Assembly: GCA_951406725.2 (NCBI GenBank)
Contig: OX597814.1
Location: 45,632,001 to 45,696,000 of the forward strand
Direction of reading: 5' to 3'
Length of the DNA: 64,000 nucleotides
Source of the DNA: Octopus vulgaris
Taxonomy: Eukaryota
The position numbers and the translations under genes are program-made. Shown here in pieces: positions 26,000-39,849 of this stretch. The notes beneath the pieces were generated by a model that worked only from the letters and a program-made list of their open reading frames with translations, did no database searches and was not told the DNA's origin. Position 1 is the first letter of the stretch. The number at the start of each line of letters is the position of its first letter.

Positions 26000-27260
26000 C
26001 ATGGATGTAGACCTCTATGGTAATAGTGAATTTTAAAACAATTTTCTGTTTGCTAAGATAGATTGATAAAACATGAAAAATACCCGCTAACTTACATTGA
26101 AAATCATAAGACCTATTATTAAATAGTTCGAAAAATAAATAAGTTGAGCTTAATGTCATGTATGAAATTTGTCTGAAAGAAAAATACATTAAACACACAT
26201 ATCTTGGAAAATTCTCAACATTCTTATATTAGTCTCACTCTCTCCTAAATAAAGACACTAAATTAGCCCAATATAAAAAAACATATCAACATAGATATGT
26301 TTGGACATACAATAGTACAAGTTAGAATGTTTTCATTCTTTCCTTTCTTATTGTGTTCAATGTTTGGAAAATGTTTGATAAAAATGCAACTTTATTGCAC
26401 TACATTTTAAATACGAAAAAAAGAAACCTTAGTTCATAAAACCTCTGAAACATCCTTCTTTGAGATAACAACCCTACACTCATATGCAATAGAAACTGTG
26501 CAAGTAACTTCCATAGAGGAACAGAATGAAGGAAATGACTCATTTTAACAACCTACTTTTGATGTAATTAACCGTTATCTGAACCAGTATATCTAATGAA
26601 TTTTGAAAAGGGTTCTCTATGATGGAAGCAATGTGTAAAAACAATCACAGATTTCTTTTGCTAGGTCATGGCATAAAATCCTCACAAATTTCCTATCATA
26701 GAGGAGGAACACCAGCCAGACTTTCCATGACAATCAGCAATAACTGTAAAGAAAAATAGCTTCATTTTTTTTATTTTCGTTTCTGGAAATGGCTTACAAA
26801 AATAAAAATTGTTTTGTGTCTCTTTTACAAACAAATCTATTGAATGTAATTAGTTGAGCTTCTTCAGTTGTGTCAGGTGATTCATCCAGCAAAATGATAA
26901 ATGAAAAACCATTGTTTTATACAAGCTTTATTGACAGTTCTACCTTCCACCACAACATGCAGTGAGTGCTATACGGAAAGTCCATTTGATTGGTTATCTT
27001 GTTCAGGTTTTCTGGTTTTATCTAGATAAGACTTTCAGGCCTACCCCTGACTGGCTTTCCTGACAGAATCTCTTCATATCCAGCATAATATGTTCTCTTC
27101 TTGCAGTACAACACATGCCATTAACCACCAAATGTTTGTTTCTGACAACATATCCACCCACCACTTTACCTTTGCTGGTACATATAAGTTGGTATGATGA
27201 AAAAGTCTTCACCTATACACAAGGTAGCATATGGTTTTCTGAGAGAAATTGTACCTCCAC
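26000..27260 (-). pseudogene. Fossil hAT (Buster/Charlie-like) transposase in CYC1 intron 1
   Basis: Collinear motifs KPYATLCIGE, LLDESPDTTEEAQL..FNRF, FCKPF, THCFHHRE, VNYIKSR, LLH..V..LS..R; frameshifts and stops. Confidence 0.8.
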
Positions 27261-27863
27261 CTGGAATGAGTGACACTACAAATACCCAACAAACATTTCT
27301 CTATCTGAGTCTGAGAAGGTTTTTCTTGCCGTGTATTGATACAATGCCATTTTTTCTGTCATTTCATGCATGGGTGCTGGGTTATAGCTAATGTGACCTT
27401 TCTGTCTTCTCTACAAACAAGACATTTCTAGCTTCTCTCAAATCTTTTTTTTTTCTCTTCCAGTGAGACTCAGGCTTTTGAATGCTGCTGCTATAATGCT
27501 GTTAATGCTGCTCCTGCTGGTGTCTGTGGTCACAGTAGATATGGTAGTATTGGTGTTGGTTGCAATTGTGGTGATTTTTGCCTGTACCAACCTCCACCAT
27601 ATCCATGGCTGAGACTATGTTGTTGTTGTTGTTGATGGCAGTGACTAGTGTCCAACAGTTGGCTTAATAAGTGATGGTGTCATTATTATCATTGTTAACT
27701 GATGATAGTGGCAGTGACGGTTGTGTTGGTTTTACTGGTAGCCACCACTACCAGAGTAATGGAGCTAACCACCTGGAATGTAAGAAAGTGTGTTTCTGCA
27801 ACAAGTTTCTGTCGCCTACAATTATTGTCACTACAGGTAAAAAAATTACCTCCAAACACCTAC

Positions 27864-28251
<388 letters not shown>

Positions 28252-28440
28252 ACCTAGTACATCTTAAAAAGCATTATTTTCCTTACTCACCCCAGACAAG
28301 CATGTGGAACACAAACAAAGAAATGGTTGCAAAATCAATAGCCTCTCTTGGACACTCACCACCCCCAAGTGCAGAGGAACAGTAACTGCTGTACTCCAGT
28401 TTGTCGGCCTCTATAGTGTCTACTACAATAATCTACAATT

Positions 28441-29015
28441 GTACAGGGATAGACGGGACAGAGGAATAAGTCCAGACTGTCATGCTGTACAGGGATAGGC
28501 GGGACAGAGGAATAAATCCAAAACTGTCATGCTGTACAGGGATAGATGGGACAGTGGAATAAGTCCAGACTGTCATGCTGTACAGGGATAGACAAGACAG
28601 AGGAATAAGTCCAGACTGTCATGCTGTACAGGGATAGGCGGGACAGAGGAATAAATCCAAAACTGTCATGCTGTACAGGGATAGACAGGACAGAGGAATA
28701 AGTCCAGACTGTCATGCTGTACAGGGATAGATGGGACAGTGGAATAAGTCCAGACTGTCATGCTGCACAGTGGAATAAGTCCAGACTGTCATGCTGTACA
28801 AGGGATAGACGGGACAGAGGAATAAGTCCAGACTGTCATGCTGCACAGTGGAATAAGTCCAGACTGTCATGCTGTACAGGGATAGACGGGACAGAGGAAT
28901 AAGTTCAGACTGTCATGCTGTACAGGGATAGATGGGACAGTGGAATAAGTCCAGACTGTCATGCTGTACAGGGACAGACGGGACAGTGGAATAAGTCCAG
29001 ACTGTCATGCTGTAC
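28441..29015. repeat. Minisatellite, 46-47 bp unit, ~13 copies
   Basis: Unit GTACAGGGATAGACGGGACAGAGGAATAAGTCCAGACTGTCATGCT, with variant and truncated units. Confidence 0.97.
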
Positions 29016-31189
29016 ACCTTACAATTCATCACTGCATGTCATAGTGTGCAGTATGATCCTCAATTAGACAAAGATAGTGTATGACTGGGAAGACGGACCT
29101 GTGGGTCATATGCCATCATTCAGAGATTTGCTTGATTAGAGTTGATTAGAGTTGATTTGAGATTACATAACAGCACAATATATAGAAACAGCTTGAGCAA
29201 TGAAGCTATTTCAACATGTCACACTGCATATCAGAATGTACATTATAGTGTACCTCTAGTATTAAGTTTTTGTAATCCCTGCCACTGCCTTTATAATGGC
29301 CTAGTTCACCTTTATAATTTTTAAGTCAAAACCTTCCAATTTCTACAGTTTGCCAAGTTATCATATAGATTTTCCATAGGACATTCACTCCTAAATTCCA
29401 ATGTGATTGCTCAAGGTCAAAGATCAGAAAGCTGAGAAGAAATCTTTCCACAATTCTTCAATGCTGGCCCTAATTCATTTTTAAGCAACTAACAACTCAT
29501 TCATTCAAACTTAAGGTTTCTGCACAATAACTGGTAAAGAAAAATGCTTATTTTGCTAGCAGACCAAACTCCACAATTAAATTGGGCAGAGATTGAGGTT
29601 ATCATAGCTAAAACACAAAGTGAGTCTCTAGATTTACTTAAATTTTGAATCTCTGACCCAAGGTGAGATGGTAGTTGCTACTTTCAATTGTCATATTGCA
29701 GAACTGTTTTGGAATCCAAAATTTCTCACTCTGAATAACATTATGTAGAACATAATGTTTGCAGGTCATGACCAATCATTCAATTGTTTTTCTAAATACC
29801 TATTGACCAGGGTGGGACATATATAATAACAAGAGAATAATTAAAGCAGCAGCAATAGAATTAGATACAATCTATTTGTCAAGGCATTACATAAAATACT
29901 TTAGAAAATCCAACTGAAAATAACTGAGTTTATTGTATTGACATCTTCCACAAAATATATCTCCTCTATAGCACGATACTTATCTCTATCTCTCTATTAC
30001 ACTTTTTAACCTCTCGTCATCTAGCACAAAGCCACCTCTCTCAATACGACTTCCTCTCCTAGTTGAGAGATATTTGTCTTATAAGATAGTGACCTCGCCG
30101 GTGCTGGTGTTACGTGAAAAGTATCCAATGCATTGTAAAGTGGTTGGCGTTGGGAAGAGCACCCAACCATGTCAAACCGTGCCAAAGCAGCTCCTGTTAA
30201 ACCCATGCCAGCAAAGAAAACGGACGTTGAATGCTGATAATTTATCTAAAGGAATTAATTTTAGTATGTATATTATTTACTTTTTACAGTGGCACATGAA
30301 AAGAAGTGTAACAAGTCCTCAATGAAAATACCTAGTATTTAATTTTTGTACAGACGAATGCTTTCATAAATCGATTGGAATTTCTTTGATAAGAAAATCA
30401 AAGAAAGAAACTAGCGATCTTAAATATTTAATGTATGTTATCTCAAGTGAGTTCCAGTAATGTATTGCTTATACGGAACTAGCGGATACATCTAGTTTTT
30501 TTAGGTTCTAGTGACTTTTTATGCCCACCTGACAATCACAAATATTGATACTTTATAATAATTTTTCTTTTACAGATATTGATTTTAAAACTAAATATTA
30601 ATTGCGGTTTCTAAATTAAATCCATATTTCATTTTAACATGGTGTTATTCAGAGTGAGAAAAGAACATATTTTCAAGATTTACTTTAAATAAGAACACTA
30701 AAAAGAAACTATCCTTTGCAAAGGTCGTACAAAACCAACCACCTCCAATACCAATGGCTCTTATTTTCTATCAATTGACAACGTAAAGGTCAATGTCAAA
30801 ATATTCAGTTAGACCGAAGATTCCGGAGTTAAGTTATATAACCGCTATAATTCTAAAAGAAGGAAAAAGAGAGGGTTAGAATATATTTAGAAAAAATATT
30901 AAATGACACTGATTCAAAAGGAAATTAAGTCATCTTTTTATAGCAAAAGCAGACAGAACATTCAATATAGCGTATTATTTTTATCTCTAGGTGTCGAATT
31001 GATTCTAATTTCATTCAACATTATATTGAGAAAGGTGTGTAGTGCTTTAAAGAAGATCATTTTTATTCTGCTTTAAATCTGATTACACAACACTGCATAA
31101 AAATATTCAATTAAAATTCGTCTAGTTCAAAACATACACGTAAATAGTATCTAAGAATGTAAGGTGAAACAGAATATGTTTACACCTAC

Positions 31190-31229
<40 letters not shown>

Positions 31230-31808
31230 GGTTCACCCGTTATTAGCACAAAATATTAGATTGTGGGCAAAGTCAGTTATTAATAACAAAACAATAAGAA
31301 AATGACGTTAAACGAAATAAAATGAATAAAATATACAATGTATGATCAGTAATTCATAGATCTCAATACATAAAGAACAATTTTAACAAATATAAAAAAG
31401 GGATTGAGTAATAATTTTTTTTTTTAATTTTGAGAATTTAAAACTTCATCAATATATATGTGTGTGTATGATGTGATATGTGTGTGTTGATAATGAGAAT
31501 GAATTACTGGAGATTCCAAAATTTTAAACTATAACGGTAAAGACTATATCATTAAAACGGTTCGTAATTAATTATTAGCAATTAATTGAATGAATGTTGA
31601 ATGAACAGTGAAACTGGAGATGAAAAGGTTAAAATAATGAGTAACTACTATCATCTGAAAGACCTTCATAATATTAGACCTTCGAGTGACATTGTGGAAA
31701 GACAGTACTGGATTAGAAATCTTGAAAGGACTATGATATAGAATGTATTTTGATTTTAATGAAATGAGATAATGAAAAAAGCATGAAAAGTAAACTTTTT
31801 AATCATAC

Positions 31809-31880
31809 CTTTTGAATATGAAAGTTGGCCGGCCACCGTGATAAAACGGGCCTCAGCCCATTATTGAGCAGCGAAGCCAT
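31809..31880 (-). CDS. CYC1: Cytochrome c1 exon 1 (mitochondrial presequence)
   Basis: ATG at 31880; MASLLNNGLRPVLSRWPANFHIQK has no acidic residues and contains Arg/Ser/Leu; donor AAG|GTATGA, phase 0; CpG-rich context. Assignment rests on phase and composition. Confidence 0.78.
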
Positions 31881-33000
31881 GTCGAACAGAAGAGAGGGAG
31901 TACAACCACAACGAGGCTACGCACGAGCGCAGGCTTCAAACGCTGGAATTACCTCCCCTTTCAGGTCACTCTAATTACTTTCCAAGAGGTTAATTCTGAA
32001 AACTTTGAGAATGCGAGAAATGACATGTCATATATGAAACTGATTTTATCGATCACCAGTTGAACAATATGACTTAGTCATGTTTCAGTGGTAAACTATT
32101 AGAAAACTCTGTTCCCACTTTCGGTGCTTCTTTGTTGCCAGGGCCCCATGAAAGTGTTTACTTTGTTAAAAGTAAAGGTGTTTCCCAAAGTTAAAGAGTG
32201 TTTTCTTTTGCGAATGGGTTTTCCTTCGCAAAGAAGGTGAAAATGTTGAACAGGGCAAAAAGTGAGTCTATTTTTTAAATAAGTTTTGAAAAAATAGATT
32301 CAATCTTTTTTTTAGTGATTGTTTATATCCGTCGTTAAGAAAGGCGTAATATTAAATATTCTCGACTGAACGACATTACTATGCGTTTGTGCCCCGCCTC
32401 CGACATTAAATGTGACTGCTCGCAATGAATTTCTTTCAACGAAGTCGTCTTAGGTTTATCTCCGTAAGCATCCTCTGTACAACGGGATTCTTTAGTGAGC
32501 TTCATGCAGTCACTACACAAAGTCGAATGCCATGACAAAGACCATAATTTTGAAGAAAAGTAATTGCCTTTCGTGTATTTGTATAGTAATTGTATCTCTT
32601 TTGTTAACACTTGATACAGTTGGGTAGTTTATAACCGTGCTTTTGTTCTCTTCAAAACAGTAAGAAAAAGGTTAGTTAAAAAAAAAAAGCTAGCATTCTA
32701 CTGCCTATTGCTAACGACTTTCGTTCCTTAATAATTTCTATTTTTGTAAAACACTCTTATCTACACTTTTGACAAAAGTAAACGCTTTATTTTCATCAGT
32801 TCCGGAAAACCAAGGAGTGTCCCACTTTCTGTTCTTACTGAAACTTCCGCCCGTCCCCCACCAAAGACCACCTTTAGCAAAAAAAATTTTTTTTTCGTCT
32901 TTCCCATTTTGTTGCAAATGATCAAAATATTACGACAAAATAGCCCGTGTTGCTCAGGAGATTACTTACCTGACCTTATGACCTTGGTCAAGATAATTTT
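31881..33000 (-). promoter_or_regulatory. CYC1 5' UTR / promoter, locally CpG-rich
   Basis: Visibly higher CpG density than the flanks, directly upstream of the ATG; GC-box-like CCGCCC at ~32847; AGGTCA repeats at 32971-32987. Confidence 0.55.
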
Positions 33001-33930
33001 GGTTTCATAATTACTATAAAAATAAATCGTGCTTATTCTTTATTACAGATTAAAAACAATTTTCAAGTGGATGATTTTGTTTTTTATTGTCGAAAGCTTT
33101 ACAGAGGGAATTTATCAATTTTATGAAAATTATTATTATTATAAATCTTATATAACTGGAATCGGTATTGTGCAGAGAGAAATCTTTGGCGAGTCAATGA
33201 TGCAACTAATTTCTTCATTCCACTCCTTGTAGCTATTTCACTTAATAAGTTCCTTTAACGACTACCTTTACTTCATGGTTCTAAGCCTTAGCTCTACCTA
33301 AGAAGTCTATATTTTATAAATTTCTACATTCTAAGGAAATGCATTAATTCTAAATAAGAAATACTTATTTTTCTCAAAAACTTTCGGATATGGGTGTGTG
33401 TGTGTGTGATTATATAACACCTTGAAAGAACTGGAAAGTCTAACGACTGATCCACAACATTGGGTTGGGTTGGATGGATTTGAAACAATACATGCTTTCT
33501 CTAAAATTGATGAAATATTGGTCAAAACAGAATAAATAATCAGGTGATATAGATTTGGCAACAGGTGTTTGAGTACAATTACCTATTTATTGTAAAAGTA
33601 TATGAATAACTTGTTGGTATTCCAAATCTTGAAACCATAATTCCAGTCACAAGAGAACCATAACTTAAATTAAAGGACCAGCCCTGTTTTGTTTGGTAAA
33701 ACAGCAGAATCAGGGAACTAACTATATGCATCAGTAAAAATGAATGCAAATAGTCCGAAAGTGTTTATTTAGGTATTTATAGTGGGCTTAAAGGAATTCT
33801 ATAATTATTACAAAAATTTTTCCAAGATAAAATTGATTGCATAAGTTCAGTTAAAATGTTGTTAAAAGATGTTTTTTGTTTTTAGTAATCTAAGAGCTCA
33901 TGACTTTTGCAGCATCTTATGTGAGAGATA

Positions 33931-34328
33931 CTTACTCTCTTTTTTTTATTCTTTTACTTGTTTCAGTCATCTGACTGTGGCCATGCTGGAGCACCACCTT
34001 TTAGTCAAGTAAATCGACCCCAGGACTTATTCTTTGTAAGCCTAGTACTTATTCTATCGGTCTCTTTTGCCGAACCGCTAAGTTACGGGAACGTAAATAC
34101 ACACCAGCATTGGTTGTCAAGCGATGTTGGGGGGACAAACACAGACACACAAACATATACACATACATATATATACATATATACGACTAGCTTCTTTCAG
34201 TTTCCGTCTACCAAATCCATTCACAATACTATAGTAGAAGACACTTTCCCAAGGTGCCACGTACTGGGACTGAACCCGGAACCATGTGGTTGGTAAGCAA
34301 GCTACTTACCACACAGCCACTCCTACTT
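33931..34328 (-). mobile_element. tRNA-derived SINE with internal TA/TG microsatellite
   Basis: Reverse complement of the 43249-43634 family. Confidence 0.9.
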
Positions 34329-35229
34329 GTATGCAAAAAAAAAAAAAAAATTGGAACAGGAAGGGAATTCTCGAAGGTTGCATTTCTGGAAAAGGAAGGC
34401 TTGAAGTGTTTAGCATAAGATCTGGGCAGGGCATAAAACTGCATTATGATTATGAAAAGAGGAAGAGAGACAGGTGGGTTTCAGTGGGAAAGTATGCAGC
34501 TAGCAAATTCAAAATTGGCAAAAAGAATAGCACGTTTTTGAGCTTGTTGAAGTGTATTGGTGAGGGAATTTGTCAATCAGTTGGTTTTTTTTAATGTGGT
34601 CTGAGACCTTCGTGTGTATGCAACAATCACATCACCTTATATTTGTAAAATGTACTCCAATGTGGGTCTTTAGTTTTGTAGGGATAGTCGTGGGGGCGGG
34701 GGAGCAATTTATCACAGCTAAAATATGTTCTGCCTCTAAAGAAGAATTTTAGTCTTTGTAATGCAGTTTCAGCAATTTTATATATGTAACAGGTACTTAG
34801 AGAATAACTGAGATTGTGAGTTCTGGTACTTGTAGTGCTAAGGAGAGGTTTAGTTGTGTGTTGTTCATTTAAGTAAAAGTTTAATAGCTTCCTTGTTATG
34901 TATAATGTTTGTATCTCTCCTGTTGAAGGCTTTCAGTTGTCATATCCTCATTGAAGTACAGTATATTTGGCTGGCCAATGTACTTTTTGCTTGCATCTGG
35001 TAGTAACATGTTTCTTTGAAATTGAGGTTTTATGAGAAAAAGTGTAGTGTTTTCATTTCTGGTTGTGCATGGTAAAGAAAATAGTTTGGGAACAGGTAAT
35101 GATTCCACAAAAGCTTTTTTGTTGGATTTCATGTTAGCTACCATTTCTAGTAGGTCAGTTACCAATTTGTAGATGTGTAGTGATAACCATTTTGTTGTGT
35201 TGAATATTGGACATTATCTGGAAATGAAG

Positions 35230-36880
35230 GGTTTGGAAGTTTAAGGATCCTTTGAATAGTCAGAAATTTAGAGACACCCTAATTGAGATATTTAAAGAGA
35301 AGGATGAAGAGCTACAGGCCATAAAGGATAACTGAAATTTCCAATGGGACAACATACTGAGTGTCATAGACCAAATCTGTGGCTGGTGCAAAGACCCAAC
35401 CAGACCTAGGGTGATGTGGTGGTGGAATGGTGTAGTAGCCAGGGCTGATAGGGTAAAGAAACATGTACAAGAGAAGTGTCTTTGCATGGATGATGGCTCA
35501 CTTGCAGTTAGCAATTCTGCAAAGAAGGAGGTTTGGAATTACCTCTATGAAAGATTGCTAAATGTAAAGAATGTATGGGAGAAGGAGAGCTTGCCTAGCA
35601 TGGACCTAATAAAGGGATTGGCTATCCAGATCAACAGTAGCTTGGTAGATAAAGCAATTAAGGATATGAAGACAGGGAAGGTATGGCCTAGTCACATGTA
35701 TAATTAATCAGGTTGTCCACGCGGGAGTCATATTCAACAACTGGTGTAGCAGCATTATAGTCATGTGCTACAAAGGTAAAGGTGATGACTCAGGTAGAAA
35801 TAATTACAGAGGCACCAAACTGCTGGACGAGGTGATGAAAGTTACAGAGAGGGTTAATTAATCAGGAAGATTAATAGATGAGATGCAGTTTGATCTTGTG
35901 CCAGGAAGAAACACTATTAATGCTATCTTCCTGGTAAGGCACCTGCAAGCGAAGTATTTGGCCAAAAAAAAAAACTCTGTATTCAGCTTTTGTTGACATG
36001 GAGAAAGCCTTTGACAAGATCCCTTACTCCCTTATCTTGTGGACAATACAGAAAATAGGGATAGATGAGTGGTTGGTGAGAGCTGTAAAAGCCATGTACA
36101 GGGATGCTGTCAGTAAGGTGAAAGTTGGCAATGAGTATAGCAAGGAATTTAGTGTACAGGTAGGAGTTCACCAGGGATTAGTTCTCAACCCCCTCTCATT
36201 TATCATAGTCCATTAGGCCATAACAGGAATTTAAGACAGGCTGCTCTTAGGAACTCCTCTTCACTGATGACCTTGTTCTTATTGCTGAATCATTATCAGA
36301 ATTAGGGAAGACATGTAGAAGCAAGGCCTGGAATCAAAGGGTCTTAGAGTCATTTCACCAAAGTCCTAATAAGTAGGAAAATAGACAAGTCACTGATCCC
36401 TTCAGGGAGTTGGTCCTGTTCAATATTTAGAAAAGGTGTTGGTAGAAATTCCGTACAGTGTACTAAGTGCAAACTATGGACACATAAAAGGTACAACAGT
36501 ATCACAGGAAGATTAATGGAAAAAGCTGTCTTTATATGTAGCAGATGTGCAGATATATTAAACACCAGGTATGTTGAGAAAATAGACTCCTTCAAATGTC
36601 TGGGGGGTATTCTTAAAAGTGGTAGGCAATTTCCGTTATTTGGGTGACCAAGTTAGCAGTGGTGGAGGTAGTTCTAAAAGTGTAGCTGCTAAAATAAGAA
36701 CAGGCTGGACAAATTTCAGAGAGCTGCTACATTTGTTGGTAACAAAGAACCTCGCCCTCACAGTGAAAGGTAGATTGTATGAAGCCTATCCATGAACGGT
36801 TATGCTACATAGTAGTGAGACATGGGCTTTGGCTACTGAGGATATGTGAAGGCTTTAAAGAAATGAAGCCCACGTGCTCC
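35230..36880 (+). mobile_element. Degenerate RTE LINE (RT domain, internal deletions)
   Basis: CYKGKGD..NNYRGTKLLD, AFVDMEKAFD, VGVHQG, LLFTDDL, PHD-like finger, KGRLY. Confidence 0.88.
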
Positions 36881-38385
36881 ATCATCGTTGTCATTTAATG
36901 TCCGTTTTCCATGCTGGCATGGGTTGGACAGTTTGACTGAGGTCTGGAGAGCCAGCGTCTGCCCCAACTCCAATCTGATCTGACAATGTTTCTACAGCTG
37001 GATGCCCTTCCTAACACCAACCATTCTGAGAGTGTAGTGGGTGCTTTTTACGTGCCACCAGCACAGGAGCCAATCAGGTCATCATGGCATCGATCATGTT
37101 CAGATAGTGCTTTTTACGTGCCACTGGCATGGGAGCCAGTCAGGTGGCACTGGTATTGGCCACGTTTGGATGGTGCTTTTTATGTGCCACCGACACAAGA
37201 GCCAGTCAGGTGGCCCTGGCATCAACCACGTTCAGATGGTTCTTTGTATGTTTCACTGACATGGGAGCCAGTCATGGAGCACTGGCCACAGCTACAATAT
37301 TGGTTTTACTTGTTTCAGCAGGTCTTCTCTTCTCAAGCATATATCGCCTGATGCATCAAGGGTACTCTTAAATGGGCTGGGCATGCAACACTGGCATCAG
37401 CCATAGCTGCGATCTCACTTTAGTTGTCGGGTCTTCTCAATCACAGGATATCTCTAAAGGTCTCAGTTTCCTGTTATTGCCTCTGTGAGGAACAATGTTC
37501 GAAGGTCATGCTTCACCACCTCATCCCATGTTTTCCTGGGTCTACCTCTTTCACAGGTTCCTTCCACAGTTAGGGTGTGGCACTTCATCACACAGCTGTC
37601 CTCATACATACGCAACACTTGACCACACCAGTGCAGTCGTCTCTCTTGCACACTGCATTTGATGCTTCTTATGTCCAACATTTCTCTCAGGGCGCTCACA
37701 CTCTGTCATGTGTGCACACAGACAGTACACATCCAACGGATCAAACTAGCTTCATTTCTTTCAAGCCTACGCATGTCCTCAGCAGTCATGGTCCATGTTT
37801 CACTGCCGTGTAGCATGGCAGTTCGCACACATGCATCATACAGTCTACCTTTTATCCTGAGTGAGAAGCCCTTAGTTGCCAGCAGAGGTAGGAGTTTCCT
37901 GAACTTTGTCCAGGCTATTTTTATTCTAGCAGCTACACTCTCAGAACAACCACCCCCACTACAGACTTGGTCACCTAGGTAGCGGAAGCTATCAACTACT
38001 TCTAGTTTTTCCCCCTGGTATGTGATGGAATCTGTTTTCTGTACATCTTCAGTGTTTATTACCCCTGTGCATCTGCCACACACAAAAACTATCTTCCCGG
38101 TTAACCTTCCTCATTTACTCATTTATATTCCTTTGATATTGTTGCACCTTTTATGTGTCCATAGCTTGCACGGGTACATCATATGGAGTTTCAACCCATG
38201 CCTTTTCTACAGATCGAGCAGAGCCATCTACTTGAAGGGGTTTGTGATTTGTCAGCCTTCCTACTTACTAAGACTTTGGTTTTTGCTAGGTTAACTCTAA
38301 AGCCCTTTGATTCTAGACCTTGCCTCCACATCCTAAACTTCGTCTCTAGTTCTGGCAGTGAATCAGCTATTAGAGCAAGGTCATC
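36881..38385 (-). mobile_element. 5'-truncated RTE LINE, inverted relative to its neighbour
   Basis: ORF 37706-38083 (KLEVVDSFRYLG, KGRLYDACVRTAMLHGSETW), GRPRKTW, four-unit 3' array, (GAT)-type tail. Confidence 0.9.
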
Positions 38386-39849
38386 CTAGTTTTGCGGGCT
38401 TTTGGGTTCTACATAACAGCATCCATACTGGTGCCACATAAAAGCACCTAGTACACTCTGCAAGTGGTTGGCATTAGGGAGGGCATCCAGCCATAAAAAC
38501 CATGTCAAGACAGACAAATGGAACCTGGGAAGCTCTCCTGCTGACTGACTTCTGTCAAATTGTCCAACCCATGCCAGCATAGAGAACAGACGTTAAATGA
38601 TGATGACCTATTGCTAATTTACTAACACTGGTGAAATTAGGGCAGTGAGAGATTTGGTAGAGATTTTGATGAGTGTGTAAGGTGAGTATTTGAAATTAAA
38701 ACTGGTAGCACATATGGAAGTGTGTGTGTATATGATGTTCGACAAGTAGTTGAGCACTTGATCACTTAAGAGAGTAAAGATATTATTTATAAGAAACACA
38801 GAAAGCCTTGTGAAATTCAGCTATCCAGGTTTCCTGGCTGGAATATTAAATTTATTTAACAATTTTTTAAAGCTGGTTATGTCAACAAAGCAGTTTAGTA
38901 GCTGCATTTGATGTAAGCAAGGTTTGATTGAGCATGCTTGGTTTGCGAAAATACAGTGATTAGGGGGAGATAATTTACTGAACAGCAAACATAGATAATC
39001 TCGTATGAGTAGTGACAATTTTGTAAACCAACGTTGGAATGTACTATGGTTTGCCTGATGGCTTGTCTTTAATTCCTATTAAAATAGGGGAGAGTTATTC
39101 TCTTTTAGTGCCTTATAATTTAACACACTCACTAGTAAAATATAGACATGAGAAAATTTCACTCTTGGTATTTATACAGTCCCTGGGGGTTCTTAGGTTC
39201 TTTAAAAGATACAGTTTTTTGAGTGAGTATACAGAATAATGTTAAGAATTCCCAAGGTATTAATCTAATATTATATAAGCTGGGTTCACTGCAACTTTTA
39301 ATACAATTTCTTAATCACTATACGTATTGCACTTCCAATATTTGGATGTGTGGGTTTCCTTTGAGCACTCTAGTTTCTGCACATTATAGGAATGATTTTA
39401 TTTCTACAAGTGCTTTTACTTTCCAACACTCTTGTTTTTACTCATTTCTCAAGCTATTTTAAGAATTAAGGAATATCAAGAATAAAAGATTAAGTAAATA
39501 TTTTGTTTTTTAAATTGGATAAATTAGAACCATGTAATTTTTCACATTTAAATTATGAAATATACTTTTTATATCAATAGTGCTATGCATTAGACATTGC
39601 ACAGTTGAAAATGCCTTCACTTTATAGCTACTGTTCAGTTTGAACAATACCAACTATTCTGTTAGTATACACACACACCCATCATCATCATTAATTAATA
39701 TCCATGTTCTATATTTACATGGGTTGGATGGTTTGACTGAATTCCATGAGCCCAAGAGCTGTATCATGCTCCAATGTCTATTTAACATGGTTTCTATGGC
39801 TGGAAGACCTTTCTAATGCCAACCACTTTACAGTGTGTGCTAGGTACTC

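Noticed and set aside
28441-29015. CRISPR-like array
   Set aside because: Units are contiguous with no unique spacers, there are no cas genes, and it sits in a eukaryotic intron; it is a minisatellite.
29411-29419. Perfect ERRE TCAAGGTCA in CYC1 intron 1
   Set aside because: A single 9-mer is expected by chance in 64 kb read on both strands.
32963-32973. U1 snRNA 5' end (TACTTACCTG)
   Set aside because: The downstream sequence shows no U1 stem-loops or Sm site.
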